Positions 7,984 through 16,905 of a stretch of DNA of 38,841 nucleotides are shown one piece after another. The DNA comes from a virus. Its lineage: Duplodnaviria; Heunggongvirae; Uroviricota; Caudoviricetes. Every line of letters begins with the position of its first letter. Position 1 is the first letter of the stretch. The notes under the pieces are model-generated. The model saw only the letters and a list, made by a program, of their open reading frames with translations, was not told the origin of the DNA and made no database searches. The stretch is from IMG/VR virus record IMGVR_UViG_2541047816_000002; one strand, given 5' to 3'. The position numbers and the translations under genes were made by a program.

Positions 7984-8946
7984 ATGAGCAGCAAGCTTCA
8001 TGGTCTTGTCTGGGAAGGGTGCGCCTTCACCGGCATGATCTTATCCAGGGTGGCGGTTATGGCCCGTCTTGCAGACTACAGCAATGACGAGGGCGTGTCA
8101 TGGCCTGCCATTGAAACTATCCGGCGTCAGATCGGTGCAAGAAGTGAATCCACAGTGAAATCGGCTATTGCAGAACTGGCGAAAGAGGGCTGGCTGACGA
8201 AGGAAGAGCGTAAGGTCGGTGGGCGTAATGTAAGCAATATCTATCGGCTTAATGTGGAAAAACTCGAAGCAGCTGCGGCGGCGGCGCGTGAGTCATATAA
8301 ACCGAAAAGAAAAATTAGCCCGGCAAAAAATGACCCGTTAACAGTTGACCCGTCAAATATTGACCCCTCAACGGTTGACCCGTCAAATTTTGATGGATCA
8401 ACTGTTGATAAAAAACTGCCGATTAGGGGGGCGATGATTGACCCCGATCCGTCAGTATTAAAACCTGATCCGTCAGATAAAAGATCTTCTTGTCCGGACG
8501 CTTCGCAACCGGACCCGCAGACGGCTGAACAGGATTTTTTAACCCGACACCCTGACGCGGTTGTGTTCAGTGCGAAAAAACGCCAGTGGGGAAGTCAGGA
8601 AGATTTGGTGTGCGCACAGTGGATCTGGGGACGAATCGTGAGTCTTTACGAGCAGGCGGCCAGCTATGATGGCGAGATCACTAGACCGAAAGAACCCAAC
8701 TGGACAGCATGGGCCAATGACGTTCGCACAATGCGGATGCTGGATGGCAGAACTCACAGACAAATTTGTGAAATGTTTGGGCGTCTCCAGCGGGATTCGT
8801 TCTGGGTAAAAAACATCATGAGTCCGGCAAAACTCCGGGAAAAATGGGATGAACTGGTTATCCGCCTGGGGCGTTCGCCTGCGCAGCGTTGCGTGAATCA
8901 CATTTCTGAACCGGACACTGAAATACCGCCGGGATTCAGGGGGTGA
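7984..8946 (+). CDS. Replication initiator (lambda O-like function; HTH N-terminal domain), alternative GTG start at 7969
   Basis: N-terminal ...AIETIRRQIGARSESTVKSAIAELAKEGWL... replication-protein HTH; iterons inside the gene; followed by DnaC-like loader. Confidence 0.65.
   Translation: MSSKLHGLVWEGCAFTGMILSRVAVMARLADYSNDEGVSWPAIETIRRQIGARSESTVKSAIAELAKEGWLTKEERKVGGRNVSNIYRLNVEKLEAAAAAARESYKPKRKISPAKNDPLTVDPSNIDPSTVDPSNFDGSTVDKKLPIRGAMIDPDPSVLKPDPSDKRSSCPDASQPDPQTAEQDFLTRHPDAVVFSAKKRQWGSQEDLVCAQWIWGRIVSLYEQAASYDGEITRPKEPNWTAWANDVRTMRMLDGRTHRQICEMFGRLQRDSFWVKNIMSPAKLREKWDELVIRLGRSPAQRCVNHISEPDTEIPPGFRG
8330..8404. repeat. Putative replication origin iterons: five ~15-bp direct repeats (TTGACCCGTCAA-like) inside the initiator gene
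   Basis: atgacccgttaacag / ttgacccgtcaaata / ttgacccctcaacgg / ttgacccgtcaaatt / ttgatggatcaactg at 15-bp period; related GATCCGTCAG copies at 8443-8476. Confidence 0.6.
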
Positions 8947-8952
8947 CGTGTC

Positions 8953-9699
8953 ATGAAAAACATTGCGGCAGTTGGGGTTCTTGAACGTATTCGCAGACTT
9001 GCACCACAGGGGTCGGTTCCACCGTACCGGACGGTGGAGGAGTGGCGGGAATGGCAACTTGCTGAAGGACGAAAACGCAGCGAGGAGATTAACCGCCAGA
9101 ATCGCCAGTTGCGGGTGGAAAAAATCCTGAATCGTTCGGGCATCCAGCCTCTGCACAGCAAATGCTCGTTTGCAAATTATCAGGTGCAGAACGACGGGCA
9201 AAAATACGCGCTGAGCCAGGCCAAATCCATAGCTGACGAACTGATGACCGGGTGCACGAATTTTGTGTTCAGCGGTAAAACCGGCACCGGGAAAAATCAC
9301 CTTGCAGCGGCGATGGGCAACCGGCTGATGGTGAAGGGGCGCAGCGTGATTATCGTCACCGTGTCTGACGTCATGAGCGTGTTGCATGACAGCTACGACA
9401 ACGGCAAATCCGGGGAAAAATTTTTACAGGAGCTTTGCGGGGTTGATTTGCTGGTCCTGGATGAAATAGGCGTTCAGCGGGAGACGAAAAACGAGCAGGT
9501 GGTATTGCACCAGATAATTGATCGCCGGACAGCATCACTGTGCAGTGTCGGGATGTTAACAAACCTGAATCATGCCGCAATGAGTACGCTTCTTGGTGAG
9601 AGGATTATGGACCGCATGACCATGAACGGTGGTCGATGGGTGACGTTTAACTGGGATAGCTGGCGTCCAAATGTCAGCAATATGAGGGTTGTGAAGTAA
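8953..9699 (+). CDS. DnaC-like helicase loader (IstB-like AAA+ ATPase)
   Basis: Walker A GKTGTGKNHLA, Walker B LLVLDEIG; directly downstream of initiator. Confidence 0.85.
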   Translation: MKNIAAVGVLERIRRLAPQGSVPPYRTVEEWREWQLAEGRKRSEEINRQNRQLRVEKILNRSGIQPLHSKCSFANYQVQNDGQKYALSQAKSIADELMTGCTNFVFSGKTGTGKNHLAAAMGNRLMVKGRSVIIVTVSDVMSVLHDSYDNGKSGEKFLQELCGVDLLVLDEIGVQRETKNEQVVLHQIIDRRTASLCSVGMLTNLNHAAMSTLLGERIMDRMTMNGGRWVTFNWDSWRPNVSNMRVVK

Positions 9700-9720
9700 T
9701 TTTGTCCGGAGGAAATTTTA

Positions 9721-10491
9721 ATGGAAACCGTATCTGACGCACTGAAAGCACTGAAAAAAGCCTCTTCACATGTGGTGGCAGCTCGCCTTGGAATCAGTCG
9801 TGAAGAGGCTGTCAACGAGCTGTGGGAACTCAAAAGAAAAGGCGTCGTTGATAAAACTGGTCACACCTGGTTTCTGGCTGGCGAAGGTGAATCCCGGGTA
9901 ACCGAAGAGCGGCCAGTAAAATCTGAAGCACAGGATATGCTGACCGGGGAGGTCGAACAAAAAGTTACCGCAGACATGATGATTGAGTTTATCGGTCAGG
10001 ATGGGGCTAAAACGTGTGAGGAACTGGCGGGTAAGTTCGGTGTCAGTACTCGCAAGGTTGCTTCCACGCTGGCGGTGGTAACCGCAACGGGGCGGCTGGC
10101 ACGCGTTAATCAGAACGGTAAATTTCGTTACTGCATGCCGGGCGATAATTTACCAGCAGAGCCGAAAGCCGCGCTGGTAACGGAAAGTGATGGTAAGGCC
10201 TTTCCTCAGCCAGCAGGTGCTGCGTTACCAGTCCGGGAAGCCGCAACACAGGAAGAAATTAAAACAGAAACTGTGGCGGACATTGTGCAGCCGTTGCCAT
10301 CGTTTACCGAAACGCAAGCAGATGAGCTGATTTTTCCGTCCCTTCGCAGGGCAAACCTGGCGCTGCGCAGGGCGAAAAGTGATGTTCAGAAGTGGGAGCG
10401 AGTCTGCGCCGCGCTGCGGGAGCTGAACAAGCACCGGGATATTGTTCGACAGATTACTGATTCTTCCCGCCGTGTTGTATCGGAAAAGTGA
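9721..10491 (+). CDS. Hypothetical protein with two winged-helix-like segments
   Basis: 256 aa; GGAGG RBS; two HTH-like stretches (ARLGISREEAVNELWELKRKG; AGKFGVSTRKVASTLAVV). Confidence 0.55.
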   Translation: METVSDALKALKKASSHVVAARLGISREEAVNELWELKRKGVVDKTGHTWFLAGEGESRVTEERPVKSEAQDMLTGEVEQKVTADMMIEFIGQDGAKTCEELAGKFGVSTRKVASTLAVVTATGRLARVNQNGKFRYCMPGDNLPAEPKAALVTESDGKAFPQPAGAALPVREAATQEEIKTETVADIVQPLPSFTETQADELIFPSLRRANLALRRAKSDVQKWERVCAALRELNKHRDIVRQITDSSRRVVSEK

Positions 10492-10506
10492 TTGCCGGAG
10501 GCGCTT

Positions 10507-10932
10507 ATGGCAAAAGTATTTACACAAGAAGAGCGGGAAAAAATTAAAGGGCAGGTTGTTGAACTTGTACGTCTGAGCGGTCGCGAGACGTTGCGGCAAC
10601 TGGAAGCCAAGACAGGTGCGACAAGATATCTGATGAGTGTTCTCGCCAGAGAGCTGGTTGCCAGTGGCGATGTATACAACTCTGGTTACGGGTTATTCCC
10701 GTCTGAACAGGCGCGTAAGGACTGGCAAAATGCTCGCAAAAAACTCTCAAGGGCAAAGGTGAAGAAACCTGCAGTGGTTGATCCGGACCTTATCTGGTCG
10801 TTACCAGACGGCGAAATACGCCGCTACGACAGGCGCCTGAATATAATCTGTCGCGAGTGCCGGAAGAGCGAAGCTATGCAGCGTGTACTGGCATTTTATC
10901 AAGGAAATGTTAGGTATTTTAGACGTTACTAG
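10507..10932 (+). CDS. Hypothetical protein (141 aa)
   Basis: ATG at 10507 with GGAG RBS; track start at 10492 is TTG. Confidence 0.5.
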   Translation: MAKVFTQEEREKIKGQVVELVRLSGRETLRQLEAKTGATRYLMSVLARELVASGDVYNSGYGLFPSEQARKDWQNARKKLSRAKVKKPAVVDPDLIWSLPDGEIRRYDRRLNIICRECRKSEAMQRVLAFYQGNVRYFRRY

Positions 10933-11085
10933 ATTAAAGAGCATTAGTTCAGATGTGAATTGACATTTTCATGGCGCAGGGTAGAGCCAGCGTGGTTGTC
11001 CGCTTTGCGTCAAAACCAGATATTACCAGATTTAGACATATATTCCCGATAGCCCTGCTCTGATGCTACACTCTGTGCTATTTTC

Positions 11086-11772
11086 ATGACCCCAATAAAA
11101 ATATTTATGACTATTGCTGATTTCAAACGGCCTAAATTGGAGCTCCCAAACGGGGCAAACAAACTACTACTGCACTCTTGCTGTGCTCCATGTTCCGGTG
11201 AAGTGATGGAGGCGCTTCAGGCCTCGGGAATCGACTACACCATCTTTTTCTACAACCCGAACATTCATCCTCAGAAAGAGTATTTAATTCGTAAGGATGA
11301 AAATATTCGCTTTGCTGAACAACACGGCGTGCCGTTTATCGATGCTGATTACGACACCGACAACTGGTTTGAACGTGCCAAAGGAATGGAATGGGAGCCT
11401 GAGAGGGGGATCCGTTGTACCATGTGTTTTGACATGCGTTTTGAGCGGACAGCGTTGTACGCTGCTGAAAATGGTTTCAGTGTGATCAGCAGTTCACTGG
11501 GCATTTCACGCTGGAAAAATATGCAGCAGGTTAACGAGTGTGGGCGGCGAGCTGTTGCGCATTATCCGGGTATGGTGTACTGGGATTATAACTGGCGCAA
11601 GCAGGGCGGCTCGTCCCGTATGATTGAAATCAGCAAGCGCGAAAAATTCTATCAGCAGGAATATTGTGGCTGTGTGTATTCTCTGCGCGATACCAATCTA
11701 CACCGCAAATCTCAGGGACGCCCTCTTATCAAAATTGGCCAACTCCACTACGGAAAAGAAGAGAAGGAGTGA
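11086..11772 (+). CDS. DUF208 / QueH-like protein (epoxyqueuosine reductase family)
   Basis: 228 aa with ...[11 protein letters not shown]... Cys cluster characteristic of QueH/DUF208, plus further conserved Cys (CTMCF, CGC). Confidence 0.6.
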   Translation: MTPIKIFMTIADFKRPKLELPNGANKLLLHSCCAPCSGEVMEALQASGIDYTIFFYNPNIHPQKEYLIRKDENIRFAEQHGVPFIDADYDTDNWFERAKGMEWEPERGIRCTMCFDMRFERTALYAAENGFSVISSSLGISRWKNMQQVNECGRRAVAHYPGMVYWDYNWRKQGGSSRMIEISKREKFYQQEYCGCVYSLRDTNLHRKSQGRPLIKIGQLHYGKEEKE

Positions 11773-12009
11773 TTTTATGGATCACCTTTCTGATTGATTT
11801 CATATTGGCGAGGTGACGTGAGTTAAGTAGAATGGCTGCGGGTGCTTGAGGCTATCTGTCTCAGGCATGAACACTGAAAGGCAGATAGAGAAAAGCCCCA
11901 GTTAACATTTCGCGTCCTGCAAGACGCTTAACATTAATCTGAGGCCCAATCTATGTCTCACAAATGTAGGTTAGCCTCTTACGTGCCGAAAGGCAAGGGG
12001 AAGCAGGCT

Positions 12010-12165
12010 ATGAAGCAGCAAAAGGCGATGTTAATCGCCCTGATCGTCATCTGTTTAACCGTCATAGTGACGGCACTGGTAACGAGGAAAGACCTCTGCG
12101 AGGTACGAATCCGAACCGGCCAGACGGAGGTCGCTGTCTTCACAGCTTACGAACCTGAGGAGTAA
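12010..12165 (+). CDS. hok: Hok/Gef-family type I toxin (small membrane peptide)
   Basis: MKQQKAMLIALIVICLTVIVTALVTRKDLCEVRIRTGQTEVAVFTAYEPEE matches recalled HokD/RelF; intrinsic terminator follows. Confidence 0.85.
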   Translation: MKQQKAMLIALIVICLTVIVTALVTRKDLCEVRIRTGQTEVAVFTAYEPEE

Positions 12166-12235
12166 GAGACCCGGCGAGGGAGAAATCCCTCGCCACCTCT
12201 GATGTGGCAGGTATCCTCAACGCACCCGCACTTAA

Positions 12236-12260
12236 CCCGCTTCGGCGGGTTTTTGTTTTT
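12236..12260 (+). terminator. Rho-independent terminator after hok
   Basis: cccgc-ttcg-gcggg hairpin followed by TTTTTGTTTTT. Confidence 0.7.
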
Positions 12261-12381
12261 ATTTTCAACGCATTTGAAGTTCTGGACGGTGCCGGAATAG
12301 AATCAAAAATACTTAAGTAGCGCGCAGGGATAAGAGGGATGGTCCCTTAAAGGGGAGAGCTAATTATCCGGAAGGATTCTG

Positions 12382-12633
12382 ATGATGAACATCGAAGAAC
12401 TGCGTAAAATTTTTTGTGAAGATGGCCTCTATGCTGTGTGCGTTGAAAATGGAAATATTGTTAGTCATTACCGCATTGTGTGTTTGCAAAAAAATGGGGC
12501 TGCGTTAATTAATTTTGTGGATGCCCGAGTGACGGACGGATTTATCTTGCGCGACGGTGAGTTTGTCACTTCATTACAGGTATTGAAAGAGATCGGAATA
12601 AAAGCTGGCTTTTCTGCTTTTTCAGAAGAATAA
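12382..12633 (+). CDS. Rem-like small prophage protein
   Basis: 83 aa MMNIEELRKIFCEDGLYAV...; resembles recalled Qin-prophage Rem; GGAAGG RBS. Confidence 0.55.
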   Translation: MMNIEELRKIFCEDGLYAVCVENGNIVSHYRIVCLQKNGAALINFVDARVTDGFILRDGEFVTSLQVLKEIGIKAGFSAFSEE

Positions 12634-12699
12634 ACTCATCTACAATCTTGCGCGGGGCTGAACTCCCGCTGAGTAACACCGTGCCACCGGAGAAAACCG

Positions 12700-12978
12700 A
12701 TGGCACGCAACGCAAAATATTACAAACATGATAATTCGACCGTTCTTGCCCACACGCACGAGCGGTATTCTCACGCATTTAAGTCAGACTGGTACCAGCA
12801 TCCCCCATGCACTGAAGAACAGGCCGAATGGCTAATTCATAACTACCGCAGACGCGGATACGAGATTAAGAAAGCCCTCAGCCTCGATTATCGTCACTGG
12901 ATAATCTCCGTCAGGCTTCCTTACTCCGAACGCCCACCGCGTCTGTCCCGCACATTCCAGCAACGCATCTGGAGGTAA
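12700..12978 (+). CDS. Hypothetical protein (92 aa)
   Basis: GGAG RBS; ORF ends 2 nt before next gene. Confidence 0.5.
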   Translation: MARNAKYYKHDNSTVLAHTHERYSHAFKSDWYQHPPCTEEQAEWLIHNYRRRGYEIKKALSLDYRHWIISVRLPYSERPPRLSRTFQQRIWR

Positions 12979-12979
12979 C

Positions 12980-14035
12980 GTGCGGGTATTACTTCGACCT
13001 GTTCTGGTACCGGAACTCGGGCTGGTGATCGTTAAGCCGGGCAGTGAATCCATGCCGGTATTCCACAATACCCGGGTACTGGTGGAGCCGGAACCGAAAA
13101 CCATGCGTAATCTGCCGTCCGGGGTCGTTCCTGCCGTTCGCCAGCCGCTGGCGGAGGATAAATCATTACTGCCATTTTTCAGCGACGAACGAGTGATTCG
13201 TGCTGCTGGTGGCGCTGGCGCATTGTCTGACTGGTTACTGCGCCATGTTAAATCCTGCCAGTGGCCACACGGCGATTATCACCACAGTGAAACCGTCATT
13301 CACCGTTATGGTACCGGCGCAATGGTGTTGTGCTGGCACTGCGACAACCAGCTGCGCGACCAGACCTCCGAATCACTCGGGCAACTTGCTCACCAAAACC
13401 TGTTTGCATGGATGATTGACGTCATACGCCATGCAATGAATGGCTCGCAGGAACGGGAATTATCGCTGGCTGAATTATCCTGGTGGGCGGTCCGCAATCA
13501 GGTGGCGGACGCGCTACCGGAAGCGGTATTACGTCGTTCGCTGGGGTTGCGTGCGGAAAAAATCCGCTCAATGTACCGTGAAAGCGACATCGTACCGGGA
13601 GAGCAGACCGCCACCAGCATACTGAAGCAGCGCACAAAAAATCTTGCGCCGCTGCCTCACGCCCACCAGCAAAACCCGCCACAGGAAAAGACGGTGGTCA
13701 GCATTGCCGTTGATCCGGAGTCACCGGCTCAGTATCTCCAGCGCCAGAAATCACAACGGGAAGAGATGCCTGTATACACGCGTTGGGTAAAAACGCAGAA
13801 ATGCATGACGTGTGGCAATCAGGCAGATGATCCGCATCACATCATTGGTCATGGACTGGGAGGGATGGGAACAAAGGCTGATGATTTGTTTGTTATTCCG
13901 CTGTGCCGTAAATGCCATAGCGAACTACACGCCGGGGTAGAAGATTTTGAAGAAAAACACGGCAGCCAGCTGTTGTTGCTGATTCGTTTTTTAATGCACG
14001 CGAGAAATTCGGGTGTTTTGAAGTGGAAAGCATAA
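12980..14035 (+). CDS. DUF968-like prophage protein with C-terminal Cys/His (HNH-like) motif
   Basis: GTG start with GGAGG RBS; C-terminal ...CMTCGNQADDPHHIIGHG...IPLCRKCHSELH... Confidence 0.6.
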   Translation: MRVLLRPVLVPELGLVIVKPGSESMPVFHNTRVLVEPEPKTMRNLPSGVVPAVRQPLAEDKSLLPFFSDERVIRAAGGAGALSDWLLRHVKSCQWPHGDYHHSETVIHRYGTGAMVLCWHCDNQLRDQTSESLGQLAHQNLFAWMIDVIRHAMNGSQERELSLAELSWWAVRNQVADALPEAVLRRSLGLRAEKIRSMYRESDIVPGEQTATSILKQRTKNLAPLPHAHQQNPPQEKTVVSIAVDPESPAQYLQRQKSQREEMPVYTRWVKTQKCMTCGNQADDPHHIIGHGLGGMGTKADDLFVIPLCRKCHSELHAGVEDFEEKHGSQLLLLIRFLMHARNSGVLKWKA

Positions 14036-14416
14036 ATGACTGAACGCATAGAATTTGTTTTGCCTTACCCGCCAACGGTGAACACTTACTGGCGACGCCG
14101 TGGCAGCACATATTTTGTATCAAAAGCCGGGGAGCGTTATCGCCGGGCAGTGGCGCTTATTGTTCGCCAGCAGCGGCTGAAATTAAGCCTGTCCGGAAGG
14201 TTGGCAATAAAAATTATTGCAGAACCACCGGATAAGCGCCGCCGTGACCCGGACAATATTCTGAAAGCGCCGCTGGATGCGCTGACGCATGCGGGGTTGC
14301 TAATGGACGATGAGCAGTTTGATGAAATCAATATCGTTCGTGGTCAGCCAGTATCTGGTGGACGTCTGGGGGTGAAGATTTACCCCATAATGCTTGAAGG
14401 GCAGGTCAAAAAATGA
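14036..14416 (+). CDS. rusA: Holliday junction resolvase RusA
   Basis: 126 aa; ...DPDNILKAPLDALTHAGLLMDDEQ... matches RusA catalytic region (recalled E. coli RusA). Confidence 0.88.
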   Translation: MTERIEFVLPYPPTVNTYWRRRGSTYFVSKAGERYRRAVALIVRQQRLKLSLSGRLAIKIIAEPPDKRRRDPDNILKAPLDALTHAGLLMDDEQFDEINIVRGQPVSGGRLGVKIYPIMLEGQVKK

Positions 14417-15234
14417 AACTGGAAGATTTACCGAAATACTACTCCCCAAAATCCCCCGGCCTGACCGATGCGTCCGCCTCGACATCAAAAGATGCGCTGA
14501 GTATCACTGATGTGATGGCCGCGCAGGGCATGACACAAAATCGGGCTGAGATGGGTTTTTCTGCGTTCCTTGGGAAAATGGGCATTAGTATGAATGACAG
14601 AGAGCGGGCAACAGAATTGCTGACAGAATATGCACTCAGTCGGTGTGATCGCGTGGCGGCGTTAAGAAAACTCCCGGCAGAAATAAAACCGGTAGTGATG
14701 CGCATTATGGCTTCGTACGCTTTTGAGGATTATGCCCGCAGCGCAGCGAGTAAAAAGCAGTGCCCTTGTTGCTATGGGGAAAAATTTATTGAAAGCGTAG
14801 TTTTTACAAACAAGGTCCAGTATCCGGATGGTAAGCCGCCGGTATGGGCAAAGTGTACGAAAGGTGTGTATCCGTCTTACTGGGAAGAATGGAAAAAAGT
14901 CAGGGAGGTGGTAAAAGTTGCCTGTCCGGAGTGTGGCGGAAAGGGTGAGGTTTCCACCGCCTGTAAGGATTGCCGTGGGCGTGGTGTCGCCATTCATCGT
15001 GAAGAGTCGGTAAAACGTGGTATGCCTGTTATCAGAGACTGCCAGCGTTGTGGTGGTCGTGGCTGTGAAAGACTACCATCAACGGAGGCATTTAATGCCA
15101 TACGCAAAGTGACGAGTGCTATCACGCTTGATACGTGGAAAAAATCAGTGAAACGCTTTTACGATACGTTGGTGGTTCGGTTTGACATTGAAGAGGCATG
15201 GGCGGAGCGGCAGTTAAAGAGGGTAACGCGATAG
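14413..15234 (+). CDS. Late antiterminator Q (zinc-finger type)
   Basis: 273 aa; three CxxCxGxG repeats (CPECGGKG, CKDCRGRG, CQRCGGRG); lies immediately upstream of a lambda-like pR'/qut. Confidence 0.7.
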   Translation: MKLEDLPKYYSPKSPGLTDASASTSKDALSITDVMAAQGMTQNRAEMGFSAFLGKMGISMNDRERATELLTEYALSRCDRVAALRKLPAEIKPVVMRIMASYAFEDYARSAASKKQCPCCYGEKFIESVVFTNKVQYPDGKPPVWAKCTKGVYPSYWEEWKKVREVVKVACPECGGKGEVSTACKDCRGRGVAIHREESVKRGMPVIRDCQRCGGRGCERLPSTEAFNAIRKVTSAITLDTWKKSVKRFYDTLVVRFDIEEAWAERQLKRVTR

Positions 15235-15239
15235 TGTTG

Positions 15240-15300
15240 TTGATTTTTCCCGAATCTGTGGTAAATTTGCTCTAACGATGGGCGTTTTATGCCTGACGTT
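15240..15300 (+). promoter_or_regulatory. Late promoter pR' with qut-like element (-35 TTGATT 15240-15245, -10 TAAATT 15262-15267, pause-inducing AACGAT downstream)
   Basis: TAAATTTGCTCTAACGATGGG closely matches recalled lambda pR' TAAATTTGACTCAACGATGGG. Confidence 0.65.
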
Positions 15301-15316
15301 AGAAGATTTTTTACAC

Positions 15317-15338
15317 CCCGCCGCCTGGCGGGTTTTTT
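15317..15338 (+). terminator. tR'-like intrinsic terminator ~45-60 nt downstream of the pR' start
   Basis: cccgcc-gcct-ggcggg hairpin followed by T6. Confidence 0.65.
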
Positions 15339-15460
15339 ATGACTGAAATCGCGTCAGTACAGTAAACGCGCTGGTGGCGGTGAATACCTGTCTTTCAGCT
15401 TGCTGGCTTTTTCGACAAGAGTTATTGGTGTGTCACGTTAACCGGAAAAGGGAAAAAGAC

Positions 15461-15658
15461 ATGCTAAAACAGCAGGATATGACAGAAACCGCCAGAGTAG
15501 TGTTTAATGAATTAAGAGTTACCGAACCGGCGACAGTCGGGGAGATAGCGCAGAATACTTACCTTTCACGCGAACGCTGCCAGTTAATACTGACCCAGCT
15601 GGTTATGGCGGGTCTGGCAGACTATCAGTTCGGTTGTTACAGACGCCTTCCGCAGTGA
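15461..15658 (+). CDS. Hypothetical small protein (65 aa, possibly winged-helix)
   Basis: ATG at 15461 after A/G-rich RBS; stop codon lies inside a terminator hairpin. Confidence 0.45.
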   Translation: MLKQQDMTETARVVFNELRVTEPATVGEIAQNTYLSRERCQLILTQLVMAGLADYQFGCYRRLPQ

Positions 15659-15668
15659 AGGCTTTTTT
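15645..15668 (+). terminator. Rho-independent terminator
   Basis: gccttc-cgcagt-gaaggc hairpin followed by T6. Confidence 0.55.
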
Positions 15669-15808
15669 ATTTGTGGTAAATGGGCGGCTGGTGGGTGTTA
15701 GGGGCACCCACCAGCCATCTGCTCATGCGTTGGGTTCACAAGCAAACCTCAGGCCCACTGCTTTGCGCAAAAGCAGAATGAGCCTATCAGAGACAGGCTT
15801 AATGATCC

Positions 15809-16856
15809 ATGCTTAATACTGTAAAAATATCCAGTTGTGAGTTAATCAACGCCGACTGCCTGGAATTTATCCGGTCGTTACCCGAAAATTCTGTTGACCT
15901 GATAGTCACGGACCCGCCGTACTTTAAAGTGAAGCCTGAGGGCTGGGATAACCAGTGGAAGGGCGACGATGATTACCTGAAGTGGCTGGACCAGTGTCTG
16001 GCGCAGTTCTGGCGGGTGCTGAAACCTGCCGGAAGTCTTTACCTGTTCTGTGGTCATCGCCTGGCATCTGATATCGAAATCATGATGCGTGAACGCTTCA
16101 GTGTGCTGAACCATATTATCTGGGCGAAGCCGTCCGGACGCTGGAACGGATGCAACAAGGAAAGCCTGCGGGCGTATTTCCCCGCCACAGAGCGCATTCT
16201 GTTCGCGGAACATTATCAGGGGCCGTATCGTCCGAAAGATGCCGGGTATGCGGTGAAGGGCAGTGCACTGAAACAGCATGTGATGGCCCCGCTGATTTCT
16301 TACTTTCGTGATGCGCGCGGCCCTGGGGATAACGGCAAAACAGATTGCAGATGCCACAGGAAAGAAAAACATGGTGTCGCACTGGTTCAGTGCCAGTCAG
16401 TGGCAGCTACCGAACGAAAGCGATTATCTGAAATTACAGTCGCTGTTTGCCCGGGTGGCAGAAGAGAAACATCAGCGCGGTGAACTGGAAAAGCCCCACC
16501 ACCAGCTGGTGGATACGTATACGTCACTGAACCGGCAGTATGTGGAGCTGCAGAGTGAATATAAGCATCTGCGGCGGTATTTTGGTGTGACGGCGCAGGT
16601 GCCGTACACGGATGTGTGGACACATAAACCGGTGCAGTTCTATCCCGGGAAACATCCGTGCGAAAAACCGGCAGAAATGCTGCAGCAGATAATCAGCGCA
16701 AGTAGCCGTCCTGGTGATCTGGTTGCGGATTTTTTCATGGGGTCGGGTTCAACGGTAAAAGCGGCGATGGCACTGGGGCGTCGTGCGATTGGTGTTGAGC
16801 TGGAGACCGGACGTTTTGAGCAGACAGTCAGGGAAGTTCAGGATTTAATCGTTTGA
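15809..16856 (+). pseudogene. DNA methyltransferase (beta-class N6A/N4C, DPPY motif), frameshifted
   Basis: Two overlapping ORFs in different frames: 15809-16483 carries motif IV DLIVTDPPYF, 16308-16856 carries motif I FFMGSGST; frame switch near 16300-16330. Confidence 0.6.
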
Positions 16857-16905
16857 AACGGATGAGATTGCAGAATTAATTACGCACCATTATTATTCTG
16901 CTCCC

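Noticed and set aside
8330-8404. CRISPR array
   Set aside because: The direct repeats are 15-bp contiguous iterons inside a coding gene with no spacers; no CRISPR-like repeat-spacer array was seen anywhere in the window.
8539-9387. 282-aa minus-strand ORF overlapping the initiator and DnaC-like genes
   Set aside because: Antisense to two well-supported genes; no RBS; His/Arg/Pro-rich composition typical of antisense artefacts. The same reasoning applies to 7543-8001, 24516-25190, 26083-26775, 30191-30892, 32798-33490, 36999-37598 and other minus-strand ORFs inside the structural module.
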